Origin: a bacterium
GTDB taxonomy: Bacteria; SAR324; NAC60-12
DNA: 64,000 nucleotides
Assembly: GCA_965233585.1 (NCBI GenBank)
Contig: CBDDTI010000746.1
Coordinates: forward strand, 704,001-768,000
Direction of reading: 5' to 3'
The position numbers and the translations under genes are program-made. A model generated the notes under the pieces. That model was not told where the DNA came from and did no database searches. It saw only the letters and a list, made by a program, of their open reading frames with translations. Shown here one piece after another: positions 20,109-28,728 of the stretch (within the stretch, counting starts at the first letter, position 1; each line of letters starts with the position of its first letter).

Positions 20109-22016
20109 ATGTCTCTTTCTTTTAAAGAATTAAAAACTATTCTTTCTCAAAATTCGGAATATCTCAATCAAGATGGCAGTTTGAACATTATCAAACTGCA
20201 CAAACTGGCTCAACAATGCGATACCAATTTGATCGCTTTATTGGTGAAGCATCAAAACACTAGATCCAGCTTTTTCATGCAACATGAAGGTTATCATGTT
20301 TTTATGAGAGATAAATTTATAGATTATATTTCACATAAAGAGTTTTTAGCCAATTCTTACACCAGATATAAGAATAAAATCGGCTTGCATGATGGAACAA
20401 ACTATCTGAAAAAAACCAATGATGTTGTTCTAAACTTTCCGTTTAAAGATTGCATCTTAGAAGGTGGACAAACCAAAGATGATGACAAACGGGGAGAAGT
20501 TTACTTGAATGAAGTACTGGCAGGGTTTGAAATAGACAGGCTTCTTGATAAAAAAGTTTTAACTAATTTCAAACGCTTTGGAAGCAATCCCCCTTTATCT
20601 CCCTTTGAAAAGGGGGAAGCAATGGAATTGCAGGGGGATTTCCAACGAGATGAAAACGGAGTTATCAAAGATAATCTCATCATCAAAGGGAACAATCTAA
20701 TCGCTTTACATAGCATCAAACATCAGTTTAGAGGCAAAGTTAAACTGATTTACATTGACCCGCCTTACAACACAGGCAATGACAGCTTTAACTATAATGA
20801 CCACTTTAACCATTCTACTTGGTTAGTTTTTATGAAAAATCGTTTGGAAGTTGCCAAAGAATTGCTAAGAGATGATGGCGTCATTTTTGTACAATGTGAT
20901 GATAACGAACAAGCCTATTTAAAAGTTTTAATGGATGAAGTTTTTGGAAGAGAGAATTTTGTTGCCAATTTTATATGGAATCATAGAAAATCTAGCCAGA
21001 ATGACATTGATGTTTCTCTTTCACATAACTATACATTTACATTTTCTAAAAATAGAGATTTTTTTAAATTAAACTCTTTAAAAATTGATCATAGTAAATT
21101 TTCTAACATAGACAATGATCCTAGAGGAGATTGGATAGCTGACCCTTTTGATGCACCAAACATTCGTCCTAATTTGACATATAAAATAGTCAACCCGAAT
21201 ACAGGTCAAGAGTTTCTACCTCCACAGGGAAGATGCTGGAGAATGACAGAAGAAAAATTTGAAGAAGCTCTAAAAGATAATCGTATTGTTTTTGGTAAGG
21301 CTGGAAAATCCAAACCGCAATTAAAAAGATTGAAATTTGAGGCAGAATTAAAAGGGACAAATCCCTTTACAATATGGGATGGAAATGAAGTAGGGACTTC
21401 CACTGAAGGAACAAAAGAGATTATAAAACTCATGGGAAGGAAAGGAGTCTTTGCCACTCCAAAGCCAGAAAGACTTTTGGAAAGAATTATAAAACTAGCA
21501 ACTCAACCAAATGACATTGTTTTAGATTTTCATTTAGGAAGTGGAACGACGGCAGCCGTTGCTCATAAGATGGGGAGGCAATACATTGGAATTGAGCAAA
21601 TGGATTACATAGAACAAATTGCAGTAGAACGCTTAAAAAAAGTGATTGATGGTGAACAAGGAGGAGTTTCTGAAAGTGTAGAATGGCGAGGAGGAGGTGA
21701 GTTTATTTATTTAGAGTTAAAGAAATACAATCAACATTTTGTAGAACAAATTCAACAGGCACAAACGACAAAAGAATTGTTAGAGATTAGAAAAGTTCTT
21801 TTAGAAAAAGGTTTTATAGATTATCGTTTGAATGTTGAGGCAATCAAAGCAAATGACCAAGAATTTAAAAAGCTAACATTAGAACAACAAAAACAAATCT
21901 TATTTGAGTTTTTAGATAAAAATCAGTTGTATGTCAATTATTCTGAAAGAAAAGATGAAACGCACAGTTGTACTGACGAAGAAAAAGAACTTTCAAAAAA
22001 ATTTTATGAGGAGTAA
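20109..22016 (+). CDS. mod: Type III R-M DNA methyltransferase (Mod), copy 2, different TRD
   Basis: DPPY and FHLGSG motifs; N- and C-terminal blocks near-identical to copy 1, central TRD different. Confidence 0.93.
   Translation: MSLSFKELKTILSQNSEYLNQDGSLNIIKLHKLAQQCDTNLIALLVKHQNTRSSFFMQHEGYHVFMRDKFIDYISHKEFLANSYTRYKNKIGLHDGTNYLKKTNDVVLNFPFKDCILEGGQTKDDDKRGEVYLNEVLAGFEIDRLLDKKVLTNFKRFGSNPPLSPFEKGEAMELQGDFQRDENGVIKDNLIIKGNNLIALHSIKHQFRGKVKLIYIDPPYNTGNDSFNYNDHFNHSTWLVFMKNRLEVAKELLRDDGVIFVQCDDNEQAYLKVLMDEVFGRENFVANFIWNHRKSSQNDIDVSLSHNYTFTFSKNRDFFKLNSLKIDHSKFSNIDNDPRGDWIADPFDAPNIRPNLTYKIVNPNTGQEFLPPQGRCWRMTEEKFEEALKDNRIVFGKAGKSKPQLKRLKFEAELKGTNPFTIWDGNEVGTSTEGTKEIIKLMGRKGVFATPKPERLLERIIKLATQPNDIVLDFHLGSGTTAAVAHKMGRQYIGIEQMDYIEQIAVERLKKVIDGEQGGVSESVEWRGGGEFIYLELKKYNQHFVEQIQQAQTTKELLEIRKVLLEKGFIDYRLNVEAIKANDQEFKKLTLEQQKQILFEFLDKNQLYVNYSERKDETHSCTDEEKELSKKFYEE
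20586..20640. repeat. palindromic element inserted in frame in mod2
   Basis: AATCCCCCT...AGGGGGATT terminal inverted repeat enclosing two small hairpins; absent from mod1. Confidence 0.75.
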
Positions 22017-22019
22017 AAA

Positions 22020-22241
22020 ATGAGACAAATTGTAATTTACCCAGACATTTGTAATGGTAAGCCTGTTATTGAAGGAACACGAATCACCGTCCAAACGATT
22101 TTAGAATTTTTAGGAGCAGGAGATTCAGTAGAAGAAGTATTAGAGGCTTATCCTAGTTTAACTAGGGAAGACATCTATGTTTGTATTCAATATGCTTCAA
22201 AAATCATGGCAAATTGTTATCAAAATAAAATAACGATATGA
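22020..22241 (+). CDS. DUF433-family putative antitoxin
   Basis: PDICNGKPVIEGTRITV..ILE.L..G.S.EE.L..YPSLTREDI. Confidence 0.9.
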   Translation: MRQIVIYPDICNGKPVIEGTRITVQTILEFLGAGDSVEEVLEAYPSLTREDIYVCIQYASKIMANCYQNKITI

Positions 22242-22579
22242 AAGGCTTTCTTTTTGATGAAAACCTTCCTATCAATTTAGATTTAGAATCACCTTTTTCC
22301 ATCATTCATGCTTCTCATTTAGGAGAAAGCCTATCAGATACTCAAATATGGGAATATGCAAAACAAAATGATTTAGTGATTGTTACAAAAGATACAGATT
22401 TTTCATATAGAATTTTGGAAATTTCACCACCACCAAGAGTCATTCATTTACGTATTGGAAATTTAAAAAGAAAAGAGTTTAATACTTTGCTTTGTCAAAT
22501 TTGGAGACAATTAGAAAATTTATGCTCTTGTCATAAATTAATCAATGTCTATATTAACCAAATTGACACCCTTGCCTAA
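22238..22579 (+). CDS. DUF5615 (VapC45-like) PIN-like toxin
   Basis: FLFDENLP, SDTQIWEYA, IVTKDTDF, HLRIGN; coupled to the DUF433 gene. Confidence 0.88.
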   Translation: MKGFLFDENLPINLDLESPFSIIHASHLGESLSDTQIWEYAKQNDLVIVTKDTDFSYRILEISPPPRVIHLRIGNLKRKEFNTLLCQIWRQLENLCSCHKLINVYINQIDTLA

Positions 22580-22649
22580 TCAAAAAATTTAAAATAACTC
22601 TCTCTTTTGAAAAATTGATGATTCTTTTATTTATAATGAAATTCCTCAT

Positions 22650-22703
22650 TGCACTGATGAAGAAAAAGAACTTTCAGAAAACTTTTATGAGGAATAAAAA
22701 ATG
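22650..22703 (+). repeat. third, stand-alone copy of the 54-bp mod 3' end/RBS unit
   Basis: TGCACTGATGAAGAAAAAGAACTTTCAGAAAACTTTTATGAGGAATAAAAAATG; 50/54 identical to 19350-19403; also matches 21969-22022. Confidence 0.9.
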
Positions 22704-23123
22704 ATAGAAACAACTTATTTAAAGCATTGTCTTTTGGTTTTGGAAGCGGCATACATCAAGCTAAAAAATTGTAACCCTCAAGAAATAGAATATGACATCT
22801 ATCGTTTAGCAGTAGTCAAAGAGTTTGAAATTGTTTTAGAGCAAGCAGGGAAGTTATTAAAAAAATGTATGAAACCATACTTTCACAGTCCTAAAGCAGT
22901 CAATCAACTGACTTTCAAAGATATTTTTAGAGAAGCAGGAAAGTTTGGCATACTAGAAATTGACGAACTACAACGTTGGCTAGATTACAGAGATAGTCGC
23001 AATGAAACTTCGCATGAATACGGAGAAAGTTTAGCCAATCAAACATTAGAATTAATAGAACAATTTCTTATAGATTCAAAAAATTTGGTGGATAAACTAG
23101 AACGGTTTAACAAACATCATTGA
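22701..23123 (+). CDS. HEPN / nucleotidyltransferase substrate-binding (HI0074-like) toxin
   Basis: VKEFEIVLEQ, KDIFREA, RNETSHEY (RX4H HEPN motif). Confidence 0.88.
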   Translation: MIETTYLKHCLLVLEAAYIKLKNCNPQEIEYDIYRLAVVKEFEIVLEQAGKLLKKCMKPYFHSPKAVNQLTFKDIFREAGKFGILEIDELQRWLDYRDSRNETSHEYGESLANQTLELIEQFLIDSKNLVDKLERFNKHH

Positions 23124-23434
23124 ACATGCTTATCATTAGAGAACAAGACAAACAGGCAATCGTTCAAATTGCAAAAAAAGTCTTACAAACAAAGCTAGAG
23201 ATTTGGGCTTTTGGTAGTCGTGTCAATGGAAATTGTCATAGCACAAGTGATTTGGATTTAGTCTTAAAAACAACAGATCAAACACCATTGCCAATGAACG
23301 AACTTAATCAATTTAAAGAAGCATTAAGGGATTCTAACATTCCAATTATTGTACAAGTGTTAGATTGGAATAGAATCCCAAAATCTTTTTGCCAAAATAT
23401 TATGAAAAAATATGAAGTATTGACCCAAATTTAA
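23120..23434 (+). CDS. minimal nucleotidyltransferase (MNT) antitoxin
   Basis: WAFGSRVNG...SDLDL motif; overlaps the HEPN stop. Confidence 0.9.
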   Translation: MNMLIIREQDKQAIVQIAKKVLQTKLEIWAFGSRVNGNCHSTSDLDLVLKTTDQTPLPMNELNQFKEALRDSNIPIIVQVLDWNRIPKSFCQNIMKKYEVLTQI

Positions 23435-23451
23435 CAAAAGACCAAGCACCA

Positions 23452-26004
23452 ATGAACAAACAATTTTTATTTGAGAAGTATCAAGCATTAGAAGACATGG
23501 GTTGTTTGCAAACAGAAGTACCTGACTTAATCACTAAAAATCTTAAACATACGTTAAGACCTTATCAAGAAAAAGCAATCAAACGTTTTGTACATTATCA
23601 CGAAAATTATCCCAATAAAAATGGTAATCAACATTTGCTTTTTGAGATGGCAACAGGTACAGGCAAGACTTTAATGATGGCGGCTTTGATGCTCTATTTA
23701 TACTCAAAGAATCACCGAAATTTTATCTTCTTTGTCAATTCTACAAACGTTTTAGAAAAGACCAAACAGAACTTTATTGCACAAGGAACAAGCAAATATC
23801 TTTTTACAGATTCTATTGAAATCACAGGAGACAAAGTAGAAATTAAAGCCATTGATTCAATAGAAGACTCTAATCCTCATTGCATTAATATTTTATTTAC
23901 CACCATACAAGGCTTACATTCACAACTCAATACACCCAAAGAAAATGGTTTAACTTTGTCAGATTTTACAGAATACCAAGTCGTTTTGCTCGCAGATGAA
24001 GCACATCACAACAACACACAAACTAAAGTACAAAAAGAGTTATTTGATTCTTGGGAAAACAGTGTTTTAGCAATTTTTCAACAACATTCAGATAATCATT
24101 TATTAGAATTTACAGCCACTGCAGAATTAGACAAGCCTGCATTAAAAGATAAATACTTAGAGAAAGCAATCATTCAATATGGTCTAAGAGAGTTTAGAAG
24201 TGATGGATATTCTAAAAATATTTTCTTAGCACAAACTCAAACAGATGAGATAAAAAATCGCTTTTTGTTAGCATTGATAGTGAGTCAATACCGTATGGAA
24301 GTTGCCGCAAAATATAAAATCCCTTTAAAACCTGTCATTCTCTTTAAATCTAAAACAATTAAAGAAAGCAGAGACAATCAAAAATCTTTTGAAGAGATGA
24401 TAGAACATTTGACAAAAGAAGAAATCCATGAACTTTTTGATTTAATAGGCAGATATAGAAATCAAACCCCAATCTATCACAAAATTTATTATTTTTTTAG
24501 AGAAGATGAGTTTTTTGCTCAACATCTTGTAGAACGACTAAAAATTGAATTTTTACCAGAAAAAATCATCAATGCCAATGATGACCAAGACGTCAAAACG
24601 ATGCAAATTAAACTCAATACACTGGAGGACGTCAACAACCGATATAGAGTGATTTTTGCAGTGGATAAGCTCAATGAAGGTTGGGACGTCTTGAATTTGT
24701 ATGACATTGTCAAATTGTATGAAACACCTAGCACTAAATATCACCCACCAACTACCAAAGAAATCCAGTTGATTGGCAGAGGAGCAAGGCTTTATCCCTA
24801 CAAAAGAGATGACAACCAAGATTTATACAAACGAAAATGTGATGACGATTTAGACCATGAATCTATCGTTTTGGAACAACTTCATTTCCATACTTCTGAT
24901 GGCTCAAAATTCATTGAACAATTAGATAAAGATTTAGCAGAAATAGGCTTAAAAGATTCTGACTTAACTGAGGTAGAAATCAAATTGAAAGATGATTTTA
25001 CAAAATCAAACATTTATAAATATGGTGTCATTTACCTCAACCAAAGAAAGCTCAGAGAATCTAGTCATATGACTTTAAACAAAAACTTATTTGGCAATTA
25101 TGTTTTAGATGATGTTTTTAAAAAAGAATTTGAATCCGTAACAGGACACTATCAAATCAAAGTGGATCTTGATGAGTATGAATTAGGAGAAGAACAACAT
25201 TCAAAAAATCATTTATATACCCAAAAAAAGACTTTGAAAATTCAAGATATTCCTAAACAGATTTTCTTAAAAGCATGTTCCAGAAATAAATATTTTTTCT
25301 TTGATAACCTAGAATATAAACTTGGCTTAAATTGTATCACTGATTTACAAAAAATCTTTCAAGACAATCTTCTCACCATTGAACACCCAAAAACACACTC
25401 CGAAGCAGAAGTACAAAAACCTGAACACTTACTTAAAGTCTGTGATAGTTTTTTAGCAAATCTGTCTCATCAAATGACTAAAATCTGCACAAACTATGAG
25501 GGAACAAAAGAGCTTATTCCCAAGCCGATTCAAGATGTTTTTAGGAATAAAAGAATTATTTTAACTAAAGAACAAGAAAGAAATTTGTTAGACGGCTTTC
25601 AATTTCAATATCTTGCACAAGAAAAGTTAAAAATTAATTCTTATGAACAGCAGTTAATTGCTGACATTTGTGATTTTTTTCAAGGGAAGGGGTTAGAACC
25701 TGTTTGGTTGATGAGGAATGAACGTTTTTTTCAGATTTATAATTTTTCTAATGGAGAAGGCTTTGAACCCGATTTTTTATTGATGCTTCATCAAAAAGAT
25801 GAAAATGAAAATCATCTTTGTTACCAAATTTTTGTTGAACCCAAAGGGGAACATTTACAACAATTTGACCAGTGGAAAGAAGATTTAATGCACAATTTTG
25901 AGAAAATTGAACTCAAGGACACTCAACAAAAAATCATTGCTTTGCCTTTCTATACTCCAGACTCACAGCAATCTTTTTTGAGTGACTTAAACAAAAAATT
26001 GTGA
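23452..26004 (+). CDS. res: Type III R-M restriction subunit (Res; helicase plus PD-(D/E)XK nuclease)
   Basis: EMATGTGKT, LADEAHH, FTAT, LNEGWDV, QLIGRGAR, FEPDF...VEPK. Confidence 0.92.
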   Translation: MNKQFLFEKYQALEDMGCLQTEVPDLITKNLKHTLRPYQEKAIKRFVHYHENYPNKNGNQHLLFEMATGTGKTLMMAALMLYLYSKNHRNFIFFVNSTNVLEKTKQNFIAQGTSKYLFTDSIEITGDKVEIKAIDSIEDSNPHCINILFTTIQGLHSQLNTPKENGLTLSDFTEYQVVLLADEAHHNNTQTKVQKELFDSWENSVLAIFQQHSDNHLLEFTATAELDKPALKDKYLEKAIIQYGLREFRSDGYSKNIFLAQTQTDEIKNRFLLALIVSQYRMEVAAKYKIPLKPVILFKSKTIKESRDNQKSFEEMIEHLTKEEIHELFDLIGRYRNQTPIYHKIYYFFREDEFFAQHLVERLKIEFLPEKIINANDDQDVKTMQIKLNTLEDVNNRYRVIFAVDKLNEGWDVLNLYDIVKLYETPSTKYHPPTTKEIQLIGRGARLYPYKRDDNQDLYKRKCDDDLDHESIVLEQLHFHTSDGSKFIEQLDKDLAEIGLKDSDLTEVEIKLKDDFTKSNIYKYGVIYLNQRKLRESSHMTLNKNLFGNYVLDDVFKKEFESVTGHYQIKVDLDEYELGEEQHSKNHLYTQKKTLKIQDIPKQIFLKACSRNKYFFFDNLEYKLGLNCITDLQKIFQDNLLTIEHPKTHSEAEVQKPEHLLKVCDSFLANLSHQMTKICTNYEGTKELIPKPIQDVFRNKRIILTKEQERNLLDGFQFQYLAQEKLKINSYEQQLIADICDFFQGKGLEPVWLMRNERFFQIYNFSNGEGFEPDFLLMLHQKDENENHLCYQIFVEPKGEHLQQFDQWKEDLMHNFEKIELKDTQQKIIALPFYTPDSQQSFLSDLNKKL

Positions 26005-26042
26005 GACGATTGCGTTGTCTTAAACTGATGAAAAGGATACCT

Positions 26043-26666
26043 ATGCCAACATCTACCGCACCAGAACATTCTTTTTTGCATGATGTGTATGCCTTGTTGA
26101 TTGGTAGCAGCTTGATTGCAGTTGGGTTGGCTATGTTCAAATCTGCTGGGATTGTGACATCAGGTTTGAGCGGCTGGGCATTTTTGTTGTCTGAAGTCAC
26201 AGGATATTCGTTTGGCGTCTTGTTGTTTATTATCAGTTTACCATTTTATATTTTCGCTTATCGTTTGTTGGGTTTTTGGTTTACATTACGGACAGTTGTT
26301 TTGGTGACGGTGGTTTCTGTTTCTGTGGACATGATAGGTGTGATGATGACAATCAACGTGCATCATTCCTTGATGGGCAGTCTCACTGGTGGTGTTCTTT
26401 GTGGCATGGGGTTACTGTCAATCATGCGTCATGGCATGAGTATGGGAGGATTTGGCGTGCTAGGCGCCTTTTTACAACATAAAAACATCATACGTGCAGG
26501 TATTGTGATGATGAGTGCTGATGGAATTTTGGTGGTGTTATCCGCATTTGTCTTTCCATGGGAAAGCATTTTGTTTTCTTTGGCATCTATGGTCAGCGTG
26601 AATCTCATACTTATCGTCAATCATAAATCTGAATGGTATGTCTCCACTAGCTACGGCATGGGATAA
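26043..26666 (+). CDS. YitT-family membrane protein
   Basis: hydrophobic; HS..HDVYALLIG, GIVTSG.SG, GG.LCG.GLL..RHG.SMGG; start moved to the ATG at 26043. Confidence 0.8.
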   Translation: MPTSTAPEHSFLHDVYALLIGSSLIAVGLAMFKSAGIVTSGLSGWAFLLSEVTGYSFGVLLFIISLPFYIFAYRLLGFWFTLRTVVLVTVVSVSVDMIGVMMTINVHHSLMGSLTGGVLCGMGLLSIMRHGMSMGGFGVLGAFLQHKNIIRAGIVMMSADGILVVLSAFVFPWESILFSLASMVSVNLILIVNHKSEWYVSTSYGMG

Positions 26667-26749
26667 ACCGCATTAATCTTTACAAAAAATTTGAATAGGC
26701 TTGGTAAAAGTCAAAAGAAAACTTATCGTTTTTGTCGTGAAACATTTGT

Positions 26750-26935
26750 AAAAACATCAAAAGATAAAATGTTTATAACATTTTATGAATATGCTTAAAA
26801 AAGACATCGTCATCGGTCTTGATAGTTTCACGCAATCCACAAAAGCGATTGCATGGACTTGTGAAGGAGAAAATGTGAAGGGCGTGCAGATATTCCCATG
26901 CAAACACCCCAAGCAGGTTGTGTTAAGCAAACTAT
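26750..26935 (+). pseudogene. frameshifted 5' fragment duplicating the upstream region and first ~52 codons of the FGGY kinase at 32812
   Basis: KKDIVIGLDSFTQSTKAIAWTCEGEN vs KKDIVIGLDSSTQSTKAIAWTREGEN; after a 4-nt deletion continues IPMQTPQAGCVKQ vs IPMQTPQAGYVEQ. Confidence 0.9.
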
Positions 26936-27000
26936 CTTCAAAATATATCTTCTTGCTAATGGGTGTTTATGACTTTGTCTTGTTTGAAGTCCTACATTCT

Positions 27001-27190
27001 ATGAAAAATGTCTTGACTTCAAATAAATCAGAAATGTAGAATGCCAACGGTCTTTAGTAATGGTGTTGAATTTTGAACAATTCAGTCCACAAATTGTCTG
27101 AGATTCGCTTTTGTTTTTTAACCTCGTTCGTGAGTTGCCTATGAACTATTTTTGAAACTGAATTTGTTGATACAACTCTTGTGAGTCAAG
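27001..27190 (+). promoter_or_regulatory. promoter/leader copy A (TTGACT-18-TAGAAT, then hairpin plus U-tract)
   Basis: homologous to 37931-38121; lies upstream of a binding-protein gene. Confidence 0.7.
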
Positions 27191-27307
27191 ATGGCTTTGT
27201 TTCTATCATCTAGTAATAGGTATATTTGAAATTTTGTGTGAACTGTTCGCCTTTCAAAGTCTTGGCTTCTTTTTATTTAACTTAAACTCCCAATTCAAAA
27301 AATAATT

Positions 27308-28624
27308 ATGAAAAAATATCTTAAAAAATGTTTAGCTTCTGCTGGATTTTTGGTGTTATCAAACATCGCTTTGGCTGATTTACCCTATCAACTCAAGGAA
27401 GGCAAGCCTTATGACGGTGCAACCGTTAAGGTGATGGTGGTTGTCACTCCTCAATTCAAAGGAATTGAACTTCGTGATGAAGAATTTACTGCTCTGACAG
27501 GTATCAATGTAGAATGGACAGAAGTCCCTTTTACTTCTTTACAAGAAAAAGTAGCAAGTGTAGGTGTGGCAGGCAATGGAAACTTTGATGTAGTGAACTA
27601 TTTGGACAGCTGGGGTCCTTCTTATGCACATTGGTTAGTGCCGATTGACGATTGGCTCAAACGCGATGGAATTTCTATGGAACGTTATCCTGCCGCTTTT
27701 GCTAAAAGTGCATCTTATCAAGGAAAAACTTTGGGCTTTCCTTTGAGGGCACATCCACAACTCATGTTTTACAGAAAAGACATTTTTCAGGAGCTAGGCT
27801 TACCTGTTCCTCAAACTTGGGACGATGTGGTGCGTGCAGGAAAAAAGATCAAAGCTGAAAAAAATATGGGTGGGTTAGCCTGTTATTATGGGGCTGATGG
27901 CAATAAGCAAAACCTTTTCATCTGGTTGAACTTCCTATGGGCTAATGATGTTGATGTCTTTACAGACGATATGAAACCTGCATGGGATTCACCAAAAGCG
28001 ATTCAAGCTACTAAGGATTATGTGGCTTTAAACACTGAACATGACATTTGTGGGTCAGGAGCCATTTCTAATGTAGAACAAGATGCAAGGTTGCAGTTTC
28101 AACAAGGTAAAGCTGCGATGATTCCAGTCTGGTGGTGGGCATATGCTCCAATGACTGACCCCAAAGCCTCTGTTTTGAAAAAATCACAGATTGGGTTTGT
28201 TGGAATGCCATCATATCAAGGGAAAGTCGTGACTTACGCAATCTCAATGCCCTTTGCAATTTCTAAATACTCCAAAAATAAAGAGGCTTCTTGGGAATTT
28301 ATGAAGTGGTTATCTAATCCTGCAATGGACAAAAGAAATGCCATTGAACGAGAGGTGGACGGAAAACGAATTGTCAATAATGTTGTGACACACAAAACCA
28401 GTTTAGTTGATGAAGAAGTCAATGCTGCGAATGATAATATTCAAAAAGCTGCTGCTGAAAGTCTGGTAGATTCTAACATCATGCCCCAAATCCCAGAATG
28501 GCCTGAAGTTGGGGATCTGGTGGCTAATGCCATTCAAAAAGCGGCAAATGGTGGTGATGTTGAACAACTGATGAAAGATTCTGCCAAAAAAGCTAAAAGA
28601 ATTTTGCGCAGAGCAGGTTATTAA
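27308..28624 (+). CDS. CUT1 sugar ABC transporter substrate-binding protein
   Basis: Sec signal; MFYRKDIF, PQTWDDV, WEFMKWL. Confidence 0.92.
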   Translation: MKKYLKKCLASAGFLVLSNIALADLPYQLKEGKPYDGATVKVMVVVTPQFKGIELRDEEFTALTGINVEWTEVPFTSLQEKVASVGVAGNGNFDVVNYLDSWGPSYAHWLVPIDDWLKRDGISMERYPAAFAKSASYQGKTLGFPLRAHPQLMFYRKDIFQELGLPVPQTWDDVVRAGKKIKAEKNMGGLACYYGADGNKQNLFIWLNFLWANDVDVFTDDMKPAWDSPKAIQATKDYVALNTEHDICGSGAISNVEQDARLQFQQGKAAMIPVWWWAYAPMTDPKASVLKKSQIGFVGMPSYQGKVVTYAISMPFAISKYSKNKEASWEFMKWLSNPAMDKRNAIEREVDGKRIVNNVVTHKTSLVDEEVNAANDNIQKAAAESLVDSNIMPQIPEWPEVGDLVANAIQKAANGGDVEQLMKDSAKKAKRILRRAGY

Positions 28625-28728
28625 ATTGTTTTCAACAAAGTGTTTTTTCAAAGTGTTGCAGTCTCTTTTGATGTTCCAGAGTCCAGTCAAAGTGTCTTAA
28701 AAGAGTGAGTTCAAAAAGTTGATGATGA

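Noticed and set aside
17538..22016. Phase-variable (simple sequence repeat) mod genes
   Set aside because: Both ORFs are intact and no tandem SSR tract is visible, only short A-runs typical of AT-rich DNA.
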